Positions 62,762 through 64,000 of a stretch of DNA of 64,000 bases are shown in pieces (position 1 is the first letter of the stretch; every line of letters begins with the position of its first letter). Location of the stretch: positions 2,163,670 to 2,227,669 of the forward strand of contig JBNZDD010013718.1 in the NCBI GenBank assembly GCA_050575255.1, given 5' to 3'. Under the pieces are notes generated by a model that worked only from the letters and a program-made list of their open reading frames with translations, did no database searches and was not told the DNA's origin. A program made the position numbers and the translations under genes. Source of the stretch: Harriotta raleighana (lineage: Eukaryota).

Positions 62762-62884
62762 ATGCCTCTGATGGTGAGGGGCCACAGCTGGGAGCAGAGT
62801 CAGTCACACGTTTACATCAAAGTGCCTCTGAAAGGGGTGATCGCCGCCAAAGCTGATGTGTTTTGCACAGAGGAGTATTTAAAG
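62762..62884 (+). CDS. DNAAF4: Dynein axonemal assembly factor 4 (DYX1C1), first coding exon, p23/CS domain start
   Basis: gcCATGc start; MPLMVRGHSWEQSQSHVYIKVPLKGVIAAKADVFCTEEYLK aligns to DNAAF4 [41 protein letters not shown]; donor AAG/GTgagg; same-strand synteny with PRTG. The rest of the gene is beyond the window. Confidence 0.93.
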
Positions 62885-62889
62885 GTGAG

Positions 62890-63260
62890 GTGGGGGAGGA
62901 GGGAAAGAAGGAGGGAAAGGAAAGGAGGGAAGGGAGGGAGGGAGAAAGAGGAGAGAAGAGANGAGGGAGAGGGAGGGAGGGAGGGAGGGAGAAAGAGGAG
63001 AGAAGAGAGAGGGAGGGAGGGAGGGGAGGTAGGAAGGAGAGAGAGGGGAAGTGGGGAAGGTAGGAAGGAGAGAGAGGGGAAGTGGGGAAGGTAGGAAGGA
63101 GAGAGAGAGAGAACGAGAGGAATGAAGAGAGAGGGAAGGAAGGGGAGGGAGGGAGGGAGGGAGGAGTGGGGGGTGGTGTGGTCGAGGGAAGGAGGGATGG
63201 ATGCAGAGGGAGGGAGAGAGAGCTAGCTCCTGGTCCCTCTCTCTCTCTCTCTCTCTCTGA
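62890..63260. repeat. Purine-rich (GA/GGGA) low-complexity tract and (CT)n in DNAAF4 intron
   Basis: Direct inspection; generates spurious R/E/G-rich ORFs. Confidence 0.85.
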
Positions 63261-64000
63261 TGGATTCAGTCATAAGAATTTGCTATACACAAAAAAGCAA
63301 AATATTGTACAGCAGATGCTGGAAATCTGTAAAAAAAAAACTGTAGTCACTGGGAACACCCAGCAGGTGAGGCAAATGAGTTCACTTTTCAGATCCAATG
63401 ACCATTCGTCATAACTGGGGGCTACTGGAAGGGAGCGGATTATAAGGTCGAGCCGAGAAGGAAGCGGGAAGACAAAGGCCAAGGGGAGGAAAGAAAGACA
63501 AAAGGAAATATTTCACTGGAGGACAGAGATTGACGAGATCGACTGTGTTGATGGTGCAATGCAAAAGCCAATACTGTAGTGGGAGATTATAGAAAGAAAA
63601 GACGAGTCTAAGACCCAAAGGATGTGTGAATGCGTCTAGAAGAAGAGAGAGGGCACGGGTGCTGGGAGAGGGCAATGCTGAGAGAAGTTGGGAGCTGTGT
63701 TTAAGGTCTGATAAGAATTGCTATTTTGGTTTGCCTTCACTATCCTGGCAGTCGCATGCAAACATATCATGTCCTAAATGATATAATGTGTATACCGAGA
63801 TACTATTTTGTAACAGAAATCTATTTGATTTGTCCTTGAAACAATTGACATTGTCAACTTCCATGACAACCCAAGGGAGCCTGGCCTCCATGCACAGTCC
63901 CGCTCACAATCCAGTCTTCGGATCCATCCTATAGTGGGTTTGCTGTCTGAGAAGCTACCCTGCCTAAGGGGATGCTATATAAATGCAAGTTGTTGCTGTT

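Overview
Eukaryotic, vertebrate genomic DNA from a draft assembly with N gaps and single-N contig joins. The repeats (tRNA-head DeuSINEs with L2-type tails, a shark-type palindromic Penelope-like repeat, CR1/L2 relics) point to a cartilaginous fish, possibly a chimaera; this is inference. The window holds 18 coding exons of protogenin (PRTG, + strand, equivalent to mammalian exons 3-20, 5983-42854). These include a 17.8-kb intron poor in young SINEs, and they are followed by a ~5.3-kb putative 3'UTR. Next comes a repeat-rich, partly mis-assembled intergenic region, then the promoter and first coding exon of DNAAF4/DYX1C1 (62762-62884). No PYGO1 is visible between PRTG and DNAAF4, where it lies in mammals; an orphan RFX X-box/double-CCAAT promoter-like element sits there instead. 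The most striking signal is in the PRTG 3'UTR. It has five miR-9 8mer sites, one of which (46664-46698) also pairs perfectly with miR-9 nt 11-21 across a 15-nt loop, resembling a target-directed miRNA degradation (TDMD) site. It also has a tight let-7/miR-196, miR-125, miR-10 and miR-9 site cluster. No prokaryotic features (CRISPR, operons, rRNA) are present, and most listed ORFs are spurious. Repeat boundaries are approximate.
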